Shown one piece after another: positions 1 to 8,653 of a DNA stretch of 52,174 bases (the first letter of the stretch is position 1; each line of letters starts with the position of its first letter). Position numbers and translations under genes: made by a program. The notes beneath the pieces are model-generated. The model did no database searches. It was given only the letters and a program-made list of their open reading frames with translations, and had not been told where the DNA came from. The stretch covers positions 1 through 52,174 of the IMG/VR virus record IMGVR_UViG_3300025889_000166. One strand, written 5' to 3'. The DNA is from a virus (taxonomy: Duplodnaviria > Caudoviricetes).

Positions 1-1425
1 GTTGGCACCACCTTCTTTAGTTGGGATGGCACGGGGGTCAGCCGGATGAAGAAGATCACCAACCAAGGTGGCTTCTCTATGGGGGCAGACTCGTCCATCG
101 TCATTGCTGCCGGGGATAATGTCGATACCTACGTCACTGGTCGTGGCATCGTCGCCGCAACGACTGCGGAGAACTTGCATTTGGTCGCAGACTCCAATGT
201 GTACATCGCACCCAACCAGCAAAGCGGATATACGACCGCTGCCCAATGGGTGTTCACGACAAGCGGTCAAGTTCAGCCCGCATACAGTGGAGGGAACTCG
301 ACTCCGACGTATTCGTTTAGCGCCGACACCGACACCGGGATGCGCCTAACTACTGCTGGAAACTTACGTCTCAGTGCAACCACTGACGCCGCTTTTTTAG
401 ACGTAGACGCTGTAAACTTGCGAATCAATACAAATCGGTATCTCACCATTTCGGAGGCACGCAACGAATTACTGCTTCTAAACCACACATCTACCACTGG
501 AAGCCCCTACATCTCTTGGAATCAAAACGGCACTCGCCGGATGTACCTCTCGTACAACAACAGCAACGCCCATACCTACCTCGTCAACGAAAACGGCGGG
601 ACGATTGAATTGCAGACTACGGCTGACGAAGCCCTGACGGTGCGAGTCAGTAACACAACCGGGAACCCTTACATCTCGCTTGCCAACAACGACGGCTACA
701 AAGCGTATTGGCAAGTCTATGACGACGGGACGACCTACTTCGGCACGGCTGTCTCAAACCAGAAACTTTACCTCCGCGACTTCGGCCAATCGTTCAACCT
801 CGCTGCCTTTGAACGTGACGCGACCTACATGGCGGTGTTCAACTCGGTTAACAGCGGAGTGCTCCGACTCAACAACACCTCGGCTACAGGCGATGTCAAT
901 TTCGCTTTCTCACAGGCTGACACCGATAGGGCGTACCTCCAATGGAACAATGCGTCGAGCCTGTTGCGAATCAACCTGAGTAGCTCCAACACCCACAATT
1001 TCGCTGTCCAGACAGGTGGGCAGAATCGGTTCTATATCAACGGCACCAGCACCGCCACCGGACGCTACTGGTTTGACCTCGGTCAGGTCTACAACATGGA
1101 GGGCGATGAGGTCACGCGCACGACTGCCGGTTCCGTCACACTGGATTGGGACAGATACAACCAAGTCGATCTCCGCAACGACGGGAACATCGACACCATC
1201 GATATTGATGATGTCTCAATGCAGGACGGCGGTCACTACTGTCTGGTCATCCGGTACGCGACTAGCGGTCAAACTTCCATCACGTTCAGCGCGGCGGGTA
1301 CGCTGCAATGGCAGGGCGGCTCCGCGCCGACGCTCCCGAACGCGACAGTCGGAGATCGCACCGTCATCACGTTCGTCAAGACGGGTGGTATCACGCTCGG
1401 CTATTACGCGGACGCACCCGCATGA
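1..1425 (+). CDS. Tail fibre / receptor-binding protein, C-terminal part (5'-partial; probable continuation of 46593..52174)
   Basis: Frame 1 is open from base 1 (VGTTFFSWDG...); Thr/Asn/Gly-rich beta repeats (PYISWNQNGTRRMY / PYISLANNDGYKAY / VNFAFSQADTDRAY), 'PTYSFSADTDTGM' fibre motif, C-terminal 'WQGGSAPTL' fibre-tip-type domain. Confidence 0.8.
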   Translation, partial: VGTTFFSWDGTGVSRMKKITNQGGFSMGADSSIVIAAGDNVDTYVTGRGIVAATTAENLHLVADSNVYIAPNQQSGYTTAAQWVFTTSGQVQPAYSGGNSTPTYSFSADTDTGMRLTTAGNLRLSATTDAAFLDVDAVNLRINTNRYLTISEARNELLLLNHTSTTGSPYISWNQNGTRRMYLSYNNSNAHTYLVNENGGTIELQTTADEALTVRVSNTTGNPYISLANNDGYKAYWQVYDDGTTYFGTAVSNQKLYLRDFGQSFNLAAFERDATYMAVFNSVNSGVLRLNNTSATGDVNFAFSQADTDRAYLQWNNASSLLRINLSSSNTHNFAVQTGGQNRFYINGTSTATGRYWFDLGQVYNMEGDEVTRTTAGSVTLDWDRYNQVDLRNDGNIDTIDIDDVSMQDGGHYCLVIRYATSGQTSITFSAAGTLQWQGGSAPTLPNATVGDRTVITFVKTGGITLGYYADAPA

Positions 1426-2012
1426 GTCCGTTTCCTCTTTCTGGTGCGTTTCCCGGCTTACTGTCAGGCAACCCACTAGACGAAACGATATGGGCCGATA
1501 GCGACAACCTCACCTCTGGCTGGGAGGACGAGGGTGGCGCGACGACCAACCTGTATCAGTCTGTCGATTCGGACAGTGATTCGGATTGGGTCGAGCTAAC
1601 AACCGCGAACCGAATCCCTGACACGGCAACGTGTGGAGGCAGTGAGGTCACGCGCACGTTGCGGTTCAACCTGCAAAACCCATCAGGTGAGCCGACGCCG
1701 AACCAGACGGTCGAGGTACGGTGCAAAATGGAGTACGTCGTCCTGCTCGCGGGTAACGGATCGGAGTCTCATACTGTGGACATCCGACTGCGCGAGGGAA
1801 CGACGAGCCGCGCCGTCGATACGAACAACACGCTGACCACGACCCCTACTGAGTTCTCCCTGTTCTTGAACACCACGCAGATCAATAGCGTTACTGATTG
1901 GGACAACCTGAACGTCAGTCTGGAGTTCACTTCGTGCTCTGGTGACACGATCCCGAACAGCGGCGAGTTCGACCTACTGTGCTATCGATGCAGACTGATT
2001 TTCTCACCCTAA
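1422..2012 (+). CDS. Hypothetical virion-associated protein (beta-sandwich-like, 196 aa)
   Basis: ATG overlaps the fibre stop (ATGA); acidic, Thr-rich; directly after the fibre gene. Confidence 0.65.
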   Translation: MSPFPLSGAFPGLLSGNPLDETIWADSDNLTSGWEDEGGATTNLYQSVDSDSDSDWVELTTANRIPDTATCGGSEVTRTLRFNLQNPSGEPTPNQTVEVRCKMEYVVLLAGNGSESHTVDIRLREGTTSRAVDTNNTLTTTPTEFSLFLNTTQINSVTDWDNLNVSLEFTSCSGDTIPNSGEFDLLCYRCRLIFSP

Positions 2013-2026
2013 CCCCTTGAAGACTC

Positions 2027-2287
2027 ATGGCGATCACACGCACACGCATTTCGATTTGTTTCGACCTTGACCCTGACACGGGTGAGGTTGCGATGGCGCA
2101 CATCGGGTATCAAGACGCTTTCCCAGACGAGCCGTCGAATCCGGGATACACGCCCCCGCCTATCGCTAATCGCATCGGCTACAGCCGCGCCGATTTCACT
2201 CAGGGCGAACAGGCAATGATGGACGCCATCATCCCGCTGCTTGGCGACAAGCTCGACGCCGACAGGCCGATCAACTCTGGCTCGTAG
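2027..2287 (+). CDS. Hypothetical protein (possible fibre accessory/chaperone)
   Basis: 86-aa ORF in tight operon after the fibre genes. Confidence 0.55.
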   Translation: MAITRTRISICFDLDPDTGEVAMAHIGYQDAFPDEPSNPGYTPPPIANRIGYSRADFTQGEQAMMDAIIPLLGDKLDADRPINSGS

Positions 2288-2342
2288 TAACCTGCGAGGG
2301 TTAGATTCCATAACCACCCAAACGCATCACAAGGTGATCCAC

Positions 2343-2480
2343 ATGGAAACGTCTGAAATCTTCTCAATCGTCATCGCACTGGTGATCGTTGGCGGCATCG
2401 CCACGGTCGGGCTCAAGTGGGTCCGTCGTGCGAAGGGTGGCCGCGCTGAGGGAGGCGCACCGCAGGACCGCAAGAAGTGA
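2343..2480 (+). CDS. Small single-TM membrane protein (lysis region)
   Basis: METSEIFSIVIALVIVGGIATVGLKWVRRAK: hydrophobic helix followed by basic tail; AAGGTG upstream. Confidence 0.6.
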   Translation: METSEIFSIVIALVIVGGIATVGLKWVRRAKGGRAEGGAPQDRKK

Positions 2481-2641
2481 TCGACGACAAGATGCTTACC
2501 CTAATCGCGTTTGTTGTACTCGTCGCGGTCATAGGGTGGGCTCTTGATCGCTTTGTAAGCGGCAGCAGTACGACGGTAACGCGAAACATTCATCAAGACG
2601 TAAAGGAGGCAGTGGCCGCAGATGAAAACGGTGACAATTAG
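2477..2641 (+). CDS. Small single-TM membrane protein (54 aa, below ORF-track cutoff)
   Basis: GTG overlaps previous stop (GTGA); MIDDKMLTLIAFVVLVAVIGWALDRF... Confidence 0.5.
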   Translation: MIDDKMLTLIAFVVLVAVIGWALDRFVSGSSTTVTRNIHQDVKEAVAADENGDN

Positions 2642-2939
2642 CGCAGAGATGTTCCGGGGCGTGGTCTGGCCCGTGTGTGCCTTCGGCAGCGCCGAAGGCG
2701 GCATCGCAGAGCTAAGGACGGGCGTGCGCGTCCTCGACAAACTCGAAGAACCAGCCGAAAAGATTCAGACAGCGGACTCGCTGGAGTGGCGTCTGCCGTC
2801 TGATTGTCTGGCGCACGAGTTCGAGTTCGAGGACGAAGAGGCAGCGTTCTTGCACAAGGTACTGGAGGGCTCCGTCAGCAAATTGCCGATGTTTCAGGCG
2901 AAGGACTTGCTGCCGATCCTCGACGGGCTTCAAGGCTGA
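2622..2939 (+). CDS. Hypothetical protein
   Basis: 105-aa ORF with AAGGAGG upstream. Confidence 0.6.
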   Translation: MKTVTISAEMFRGVVWPVCAFGSAEGGIAELRTGVRVLDKLEEPAEKIQTADSLEWRLPSDCLAHEFEFEDEEAAFLHKVLEGSVSKLPMFQAKDLLPILDGLQG

Positions 2940-2948
2940 CGCAGAACG

Positions 2949-3362
2949 ATGAAAGCAACGTCCGCGGCTCTACTGCTAACTACTTCAGGAGTAGCCATCG
3001 GATCAGTGACAATCATCGAAGCGAGCGCGGTAGCTAGTACAGTCGCCGCACAGGTAGGACCAGATACACCAGTGCAAGGACTGACCCTCGGGGCGCTGAT
3101 GGTGGCGGCGGTGTTCGCTGTCGGCGCAGTAATACGCGGGGGTCAGCACCTTGTCAAACTTGGCCGAACCCTTCAGCAGTGGCAGGACGCGCTCGACGGC
3201 GTATCGGCAGTAGACAGCGATCTCAAGACGCTTGCGGATGCAGTGCGACAACAGGGCGAGAAGGTGGACGCTCTCACCGGCTGGAAAGCTGAGGTTGATG
3301 CACTCATACATGACATTCGTGCAACCGTGAGAGACGCACATGACACACATACAGGTACCTGA
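2949..3362 (+). CDS. Putative holin-like membrane protein
   Basis: Two hydrophobic segments plus C-terminal coiled coil; upstream of endolysin. Confidence 0.5.
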   Translation: MKATSAALLLTTSGVAIGSVTIIEASAVASTVAAQVGPDTPVQGLTLGALMVAAVFAVGAVIRGGQHLVKLGRTLQQWQDALDGVSAVDSDLKTLADAVRQQGEKVDALTGWKAEVDALIHDIRATVRDAHDTHTGT

Positions 3363-3618
3363 CCACATCCCACCAGAGGACGTGGACGGCTACATCGCTA
3401 GGATCGTGAAGGAAGCAGAAGCGGATCAAGCCGATGAGCGTGCGAAACTCAAGACCATCGGGCAAGCCGTCACGGGCTTCGCTGGCGTGGGCGTCGCGGC
3501 CTACGCTGCGCTCTGGGAAGGTGAGCCGATGATCGCGCTCGGCGGCATCTTGACGGCGTTCGTCGGCTTCGGACTCATCACGGTCGAGCAAGTCCTAAGC
3601 TACTGGCGCAAGGACTGA
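3340..3618 (+). CDS. Putative holin (2 TM)
   Basis: 92 aa, two TM helices, charged C-terminus, immediately before endolysin. Confidence 0.55.
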   Translation: MTHIQVPDHIPPEDVDGYIARIVKEAEADQADERAKLKTIGQAVTGFAGVGVAAYAALWEGEPMIALGGILTAFVGFGLITVEQVLSYWRKD

Positions 3619-3619
3619 C

Positions 3620-4072
3620 GTGCAGATCCGCGTGAACCGCTTCGGGTATGGGTCAGACTCGACAGTCGGTCGGCTGTACGTCGATGATATGCCCCTCATG
3701 TACACGCTGGAGGACGAGGTGCGCGACGGCCCGAAAGTCCCCGGCGAGACAGCGATCCCTGCGGGCTACATCTATGACGTGACGCCTCGCACGACAGGAG
3801 GCATGACTCAACGATATGCCGAACGCTTCCCCGACCTCCATCGGGGCATGGCGTGGCTGCGAGACGTGCCGGGGTTCAGCTATGTGTACATACACATCGG
3901 CAACACCGACGACGACACCGAGGGATGCCTGCTGGTCGGCTATAACTATCGCGAATCGGACGGCGAGTTCACTGTGAGTTCTTCGACGGACGCATACGTG
4001 GCGCTGTACAAGCTGATCGCAGAAGCGTGGGCTCGCGAGGAGCGTGTCACAGTAGAGGTGCAAGACACATGA
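3620..4072 (+). CDS. Putative endolysin, DUF5675 family (L,D-transpeptidase-like)
   Basis: STVGRLY..YTLED..KVPGETAIPAG.Y and IHIGNTDDDTEGCLLVG signature. Confidence 0.8.
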   Translation: MQIRVNRFGYGSDSTVGRLYVDDMPLMYTLEDEVRDGPKVPGETAIPAGYIYDVTPRTTGGMTQRYAERFPDLHRGMAWLRDVPGFSYVYIHIGNTDDDTEGCLLVGYNYRESDGEFTVSSSTDAYVALYKLIAEAWAREERVTVEVQDT

Positions 4073-4269
4073 GCCACCACAAGCACACGGTCACGATGGT
4101 CGTGCGCGGCACCGTATGGACCGAGGACGGCCTGAGCGAAGCGGATGCGTCTGCGAGCGTTGCATCTACGGATCGCCTCTCTGATCTCATGGTGATATCC
4201 GATCCCCGCAATCTATTCGCGGAGCTTGTCAGCCTGACTGTGGATAGCACAGAGGGCGAGGAGGACTAG
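4069..4269 (+). CDS. Hypothetical protein (66 aa)
   Basis: ATGA overlap with endolysin stop; abuts the next gene. Confidence 0.55.
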   Translation: MSHHKHTVTMVVRGTVWTEDGLSEADASASVASTDRLSDLMVISDPRNLFAELVSLTVDSTEGEED

Positions 4270-5952
4270 GTGGCGACCGCAACCGTATCGGGCATGACCA
4301 ACTTCGGCGGCTCGGCCTCTGGGACTGATGCGGGTTGGGGTGACATTGGCGGCGGCCCCGGTGGTGGTCAGAACACCGATGACTTCATCGAAGGCACTGA
4401 TTCGTTCGGAGGTCGGAAGACCGCTTCCGGAAGAGGTCTAGCCTACACGGCGGGCGCGGGCGTAGACATGAGCACCACCTCCACCCATATCTACACGTGG
4501 ATCAACTGCAAGTCGATTGGTGCGCTTGACCTAATTTCAAACGGCGGGATCATCCTGCGTGTCGGTTCTAGCGCGACCAATTACCGCAGCTTCTATATCG
4601 GTGGCAGTGATACGGTCAAAGCTGGCTGGCAGGTATATGTCATTGATCCGACCAAGACAGGAAGCGCAGCCGACACTGGCACGCCAGACATGACGAGCGT
4701 GACGTACATAGGCGTCGAGCTAACTCTGTCGGGCACGGTGGGAGGAACGTCCGACAACATCCTTATGGATGTCATTCGCTATACGACCGGCCCATACGTG
4801 ACAGGTGGCACGACAGGTGATCGCTTGCTCTGGTCGGACATCGCCGCGACTGACGCCAGCAACGCATACGGAATCATACAGGAACGATCGGGGGTGTACT
4901 TCGCAGCGGGGCAGGTGGCGCTCGGGGCACCGTCTGCAACCGCTGGCGATTGCTACCTTGACGATGCTGGGCAGGTAGTTGTCTGGGAGCCGAAAGAGTA
5001 CCACAACGGCACCGCAGTCGTGACCGCTCTGGCTACCGATTTTAACGCGCTGGTGATACAAGAGGGGACTGGAACGACAGACGTAGAAGACGGCAACCTC
5101 GTCGGCACAGGCGATGCCCGAAGCGGCACAGGGGGCTCAGTGTTTCAGAAAGCTACCGAAGGCATCCTCGGCGCAGCGAATACGAACGACTTACGGCTGT
5201 CCATAGAGGGCGCGATCACGGCAGTCGATTGTCATGGTAGCACCTTCAAAAGATTCGACCGAAGCGTCACGATGTCGAACGATGCTACCGATGGACCGAA
5301 TCACGTCTTCGCGGGCTGCGTGTTCACAGAATCCGAGCAAGTTGTCGCCAACCGTCCGGTCTATCGTAACTGCGTTTTCTCCAGCTACAGCGGCACCGAC
5401 GCAGCTTTCCTATGGAACGCCAACGTCGACATCAAGAACAGCAGCTTCCTCGCCAACACGGACGGCACGAACGACCCAGCAGGTATTGAGCACCCGAGCA
5501 CCGGCACGTTCACGCACGACGGGCTCACTTTCAGCGGTAACGACTTCGATGTGTACAACTCCAGCGGTGGACTTGTCACGATCAACGTGACCAACGGATC
5601 GAACACATCGACCGACCGGACACCTACCGGCACGACTACCATCAACGTGTCTGTACCCGTAAGTTTCACAGCAATAGATAGTGACGGCAGTGCGATCCAA
5701 TCGGTGCGCGTGACCGCGTACCTAGTGGCCGACAACAGCGAGGTGGTTAACACGACGACGGACGCAAGCGGAGTGGCATCGACGAGTTTCGCAGGGACAA
5801 CGCCTGCCGATGTGTACTATCGCTTCCGCAAGTCGTCACCGGGCGCGACGAAGTATGTGAACCTGTCCGGGTTGGACACCATCGCTAGTAGCACAGGACT
5901 CAGCGTCAAGCGCACGATGCGCGAGGACGATACAGCGGACCCGTCACTATAG
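4270..5952 (+). CDS. Large Thr/Gly/Asp-rich putative virion/adhesin protein (lectin-like N-terminus, beta-helix-like middle, Ig-like C-terminus)
   Basis: 560 aa, GGAGGA RBS, composition typical of fibre/spike proteins; repeated 'xCxF' beta-helix-like rungs. Confidence 0.65.
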   Translation: MATATVSGMTNFGGSASGTDAGWGDIGGGPGGGQNTDDFIEGTDSFGGRKTASGRGLAYTAGAGVDMSTTSTHIYTWINCKSIGALDLISNGGIILRVGSSATNYRSFYIGGSDTVKAGWQVYVIDPTKTGSAADTGTPDMTSVTYIGVELTLSGTVGGTSDNILMDVIRYTTGPYVTGGTTGDRLLWSDIAATDASNAYGIIQERSGVYFAAGQVALGAPSATAGDCYLDDAGQVVVWEPKEYHNGTAVVTALATDFNALVIQEGTGTTDVEDGNLVGTGDARSGTGGSVFQKATEGILGAANTNDLRLSIEGAITAVDCHGSTFKRFDRSVTMSNDATDGPNHVFAGCVFTESEQVVANRPVYRNCVFSSYSGTDAAFLWNANVDIKNSSFLANTDGTNDPAGIEHPSTGTFTHDGLTFSGNDFDVYNSSGGLVTINVTNGSNTSTDRTPTGTTTINVSVPVSFTAIDSDGSAIQSVRVTAYLVADNSEVVNTTTDASGVASTSFAGTTPADVYYRFRKSSPGATKYVNLSGLDTIASSTGLSVKRTMREDDTADPSL

Positions 5953-5963
5953 GGACAGAGTAA

Positions 5964-8441
5964 ATGTCGGACACAATTCTTGGCGGCGACTTCACGGTCT
6001 ATTGGATCGACGAGAACCGCCAGAAGCACATCGAATGGACCGGGACCGCGACGGGCACGCGCACGGTCAACGAACTATACTCCGCGATGGCGAACCTCCA
6101 AGATGAGGCGACCACCGGAGATGACGCGACGTTCATGTCTGCGGAAACGCCCACCGAGTACACCATCGGCCTAATCGACGCCAATGATAGCGAACCCGCT
6201 TACATCCAGTACGAAGCTGTCCAGCATCTGACGGGTGGCGCGATCAAGACTTCCGGGTGGACACGCACACCGGGGTCGGCTACGGGTATCGTCGTCGTTC
6301 CTGTGACGAATAGCACCAACACCATTGTCACAGCAGATGTCGGATTTGACATCACTCACGCTGACGGTGACTCGGGCACTTTGCTCGAAGTCCTGACACC
6401 GAACGGGACGACTGACTACCTCGTCATCCGGCCCGATTCGTCAGCCGCCGCGAACAACTTCGACTCGACCTCTGGCACTCTCACGTGCAACGCGAACACA
6501 GCCACACAAACAGCCGCCAGCAAAACCGGCGAGCAGGTCTGGGCGAACCTCTTCAACGTCACCCCGATTGAAGCCGACACTCACGTCTATATGTACCAAG
6601 GCGCAGTTGCTGACGCTTCACGCGCTCGCATCTCGGACATTAACGACTCGACTCAGGATTGGTGGGCAGAGGGCTCTTTCGACCGTCTCATCTACATCCG
6701 CGACTTCACGAGCGCGTCAAATCCGATCATCGACGGCGGTCGTGTCACCGCTTTTGCCCGCAAGGCGAATACGCTTTACGACAGCTTTGAGGTGTCTACC
6801 AGCACGACATCTGGCGGTCGGAACCCCGTACCGCTTTCGTCTGCTGCTGACCTGAACCACACCACCGGATACAGGTCGATCACGCTGTCCGGTGACAGCG
6901 GAAACTTCACGGTAGGTGACGAGATTCAGGACGACTCCAACGGTGCGCGTGGAATTATCACACTCATCACGGGATCGTCTCCGACACGGACGTTGCACTA
7001 CTACATCATCGGAGATCCGCAGACGGATTTCGACGGTGGGGCAATCACGAACAACGACGACACAGGTGCGGCGACGGGAAGCTCTTCCCCGACCAACCAA
7101 GGCCCTGCGCTCGCAACGTGGTTCACGTCGAACAGCTTCCCGACGATTACCCACGCGAACACGACCGCAGACATTGACGACGATGGAACAGCGGAGTTCT
7201 ACGGCATCACGATCGATTGCAACCAGAACCCGCTGACCGAGGTGTACGAGTGGCTTCAGCACGTCACGCGAAACGGTGAGACAGGGACAACCGCCACGGA
7301 CGGCATTGAGGGCGAGCAGTACGTCGGGCCGACTGTGTACCTCGCCTACAGTGGCACGGTCACGGGAACCGTCTCGGAGGGTAGTGATGTCACGCAAGCG
7401 ACATCTGGCGCGACAGGCATCGTCGTCAGTCACGACACGACCAACAAGGTTCTGCTGCTACGAGACACGCGAGGCACGTTCAACACGGCCAACGTGGTCA
7501 CAGATAATGACGCGGGTGGCACGTTTACGCCTAACAGCGCAGCGGTGACGTTCAACGCTAATAAGCAGAGCCCGTTCGGGAGCTTGGCTGGTGGCCGTTT
7601 CTTCGGCGCTCGCGGTGTCGTGCTGACCGACTACCTGTCGAGCGACGAAAATAATTTTCAGCTAATCGACGCCCCCGGCGACACGAAGCAGCGACCCATC
7701 GCCATTTCGCTGTCAGTCTCTAACCTCGTCGGAACAGACGAGACGACGGCTACGGACGATTATGTCGTCAGCCATCGCTTGCTCGGTGCAGGGCTCGCGA
7801 TTGACAAAGAGGAGTACAGCGCGGCAGGTGGAGAGGCGCAGGGTGCAAACACGTTGGTCGTGGATACCGCAATCACGGCAGACACTCCCGGCAAGAGCAC
7901 GGGCGGCGTCCTCAACCTCCGCGATGCGTCGGACAACGACAAGCACTATCGGCTGCGGTTCTCAAGCTGGGCGACATCAACGTTCACGCTGGCGTCCATC
8001 GAGAGCATCACGCTAGATGCGGCGACGGACAGCGACACGGTGGTCGCAACCGGCTCGCCTTTCACCAACGCCAAGCGTGGCGATCTTGTCCTCAACCAGA
8101 CGCAGAACGCGGTGAGCTACGTCACGACAGTCGATGACGCGAACACGCTGCAAATCAGCCCAGCGATTACCGGACAGAGCAGCACGGACACCATTGAGAT
8201 TAATACCTGTCCGGTCGCGATTGATACGGCTGATGATGTCTACGTGAGCCTCATCGACGAGTTCGCAACGAGCAGCAGCGCATCGGTTAGCATCGTCTAC
8301 GTCTCGCAAATCGACTACCGCGTGAAGGTCAGCAACACGAGGAACGCGACCAAGATCAAGCGTTTCGTGACCGACGATGCTACGACCGGGACAGACCGGA
8401 ACGTGGCTACGATTCGCAACGAAGACACGATTCATACCTAA
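5964..8441 (+). CDS. Large Thr/Asp-rich putative virion structural protein
   Basis: 825 aa; repeated motif SGNFTVGDEIQDDSNGARGII / TGTVSEGSDVTQATSGATGIV. Confidence 0.65.
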   Translation: MSDTILGGDFTVYWIDENRQKHIEWTGTATGTRTVNELYSAMANLQDEATTGDDATFMSAETPTEYTIGLIDANDSEPAYIQYEAVQHLTGGAIKTSGWTRTPGSATGIVVVPVTNSTNTIVTADVGFDITHADGDSGTLLEVLTPNGTTDYLVIRPDSSAAANNFDSTSGTLTCNANTATQTAASKTGEQVWANLFNVTPIEADTHVYMYQGAVADASRARISDINDSTQDWWAEGSFDRLIYIRDFTSASNPIIDGGRVTAFARKANTLYDSFEVSTSTTSGGRNPVPLSSAADLNHTTGYRSITLSGDSGNFTVGDEIQDDSNGARGIITLITGSSPTRTLHYYIIGDPQTDFDGGAITNNDDTGAATGSSSPTNQGPALATWFTSNSFPTITHANTTADIDDDGTAEFYGITIDCNQNPLTEVYEWLQHVTRNGETGTTATDGIEGEQYVGPTVYLAYSGTVTGTVSEGSDVTQATSGATGIVVSHDTTNKVLLLRDTRGTFNTANVVTDNDAGGTFTPNSAAVTFNANKQSPFGSLAGGRFFGARGVVLTDYLSSDENNFQLIDAPGDTKQRPIAISLSVSNLVGTDETTATDDYVVSHRLLGAGLAIDKEEYSAAGGEAQGANTLVVDTAITADTPGKSTGGVLNLRDASDNDKHYRLRFSSWATSTFTLASIESITLDAATDSDTVVATGSPFTNAKRGDLVLNQTQNAVSYVTTVDDANTLQISPAITGQSSTDTIEINTCPVAIDTADDVYVSLIDEFATSSSASVSIVYVSQIDYRVKVSNTRNATKIKRFVTDDATTGTDRNVATIRNEDTIHT

Positions 8442-8653
8442 TGAGCGGCTATTCGGTTGACGGACTGAAGCATGGCATTGAGAGGGCACGACACAACATC
8501 GTGGTCCTCGAAGAAGCAATAGAACGCGAGGAGCGCACTATCGCGGACTATCGCATCATGCTGGCCGACATCAAGCGAGCAGGTGAGAAGAAGGCCGAGG
8601 CAGAGGCGAACATTCGCATAGAGGTGGTCAGAGACGATGGCGGTTCGGAATGA
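8441..8653 (+). CDS. Small coiled-coil protein
   Basis: 70 aa, TAATG overlap with upstream stop. Confidence 0.6.
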   Translation: MSGYSVDGLKHGIERARHNIVVLEEAIEREERTIADYRIMLADIKRAGEKKAEAEANIRIEVVRDDGGSE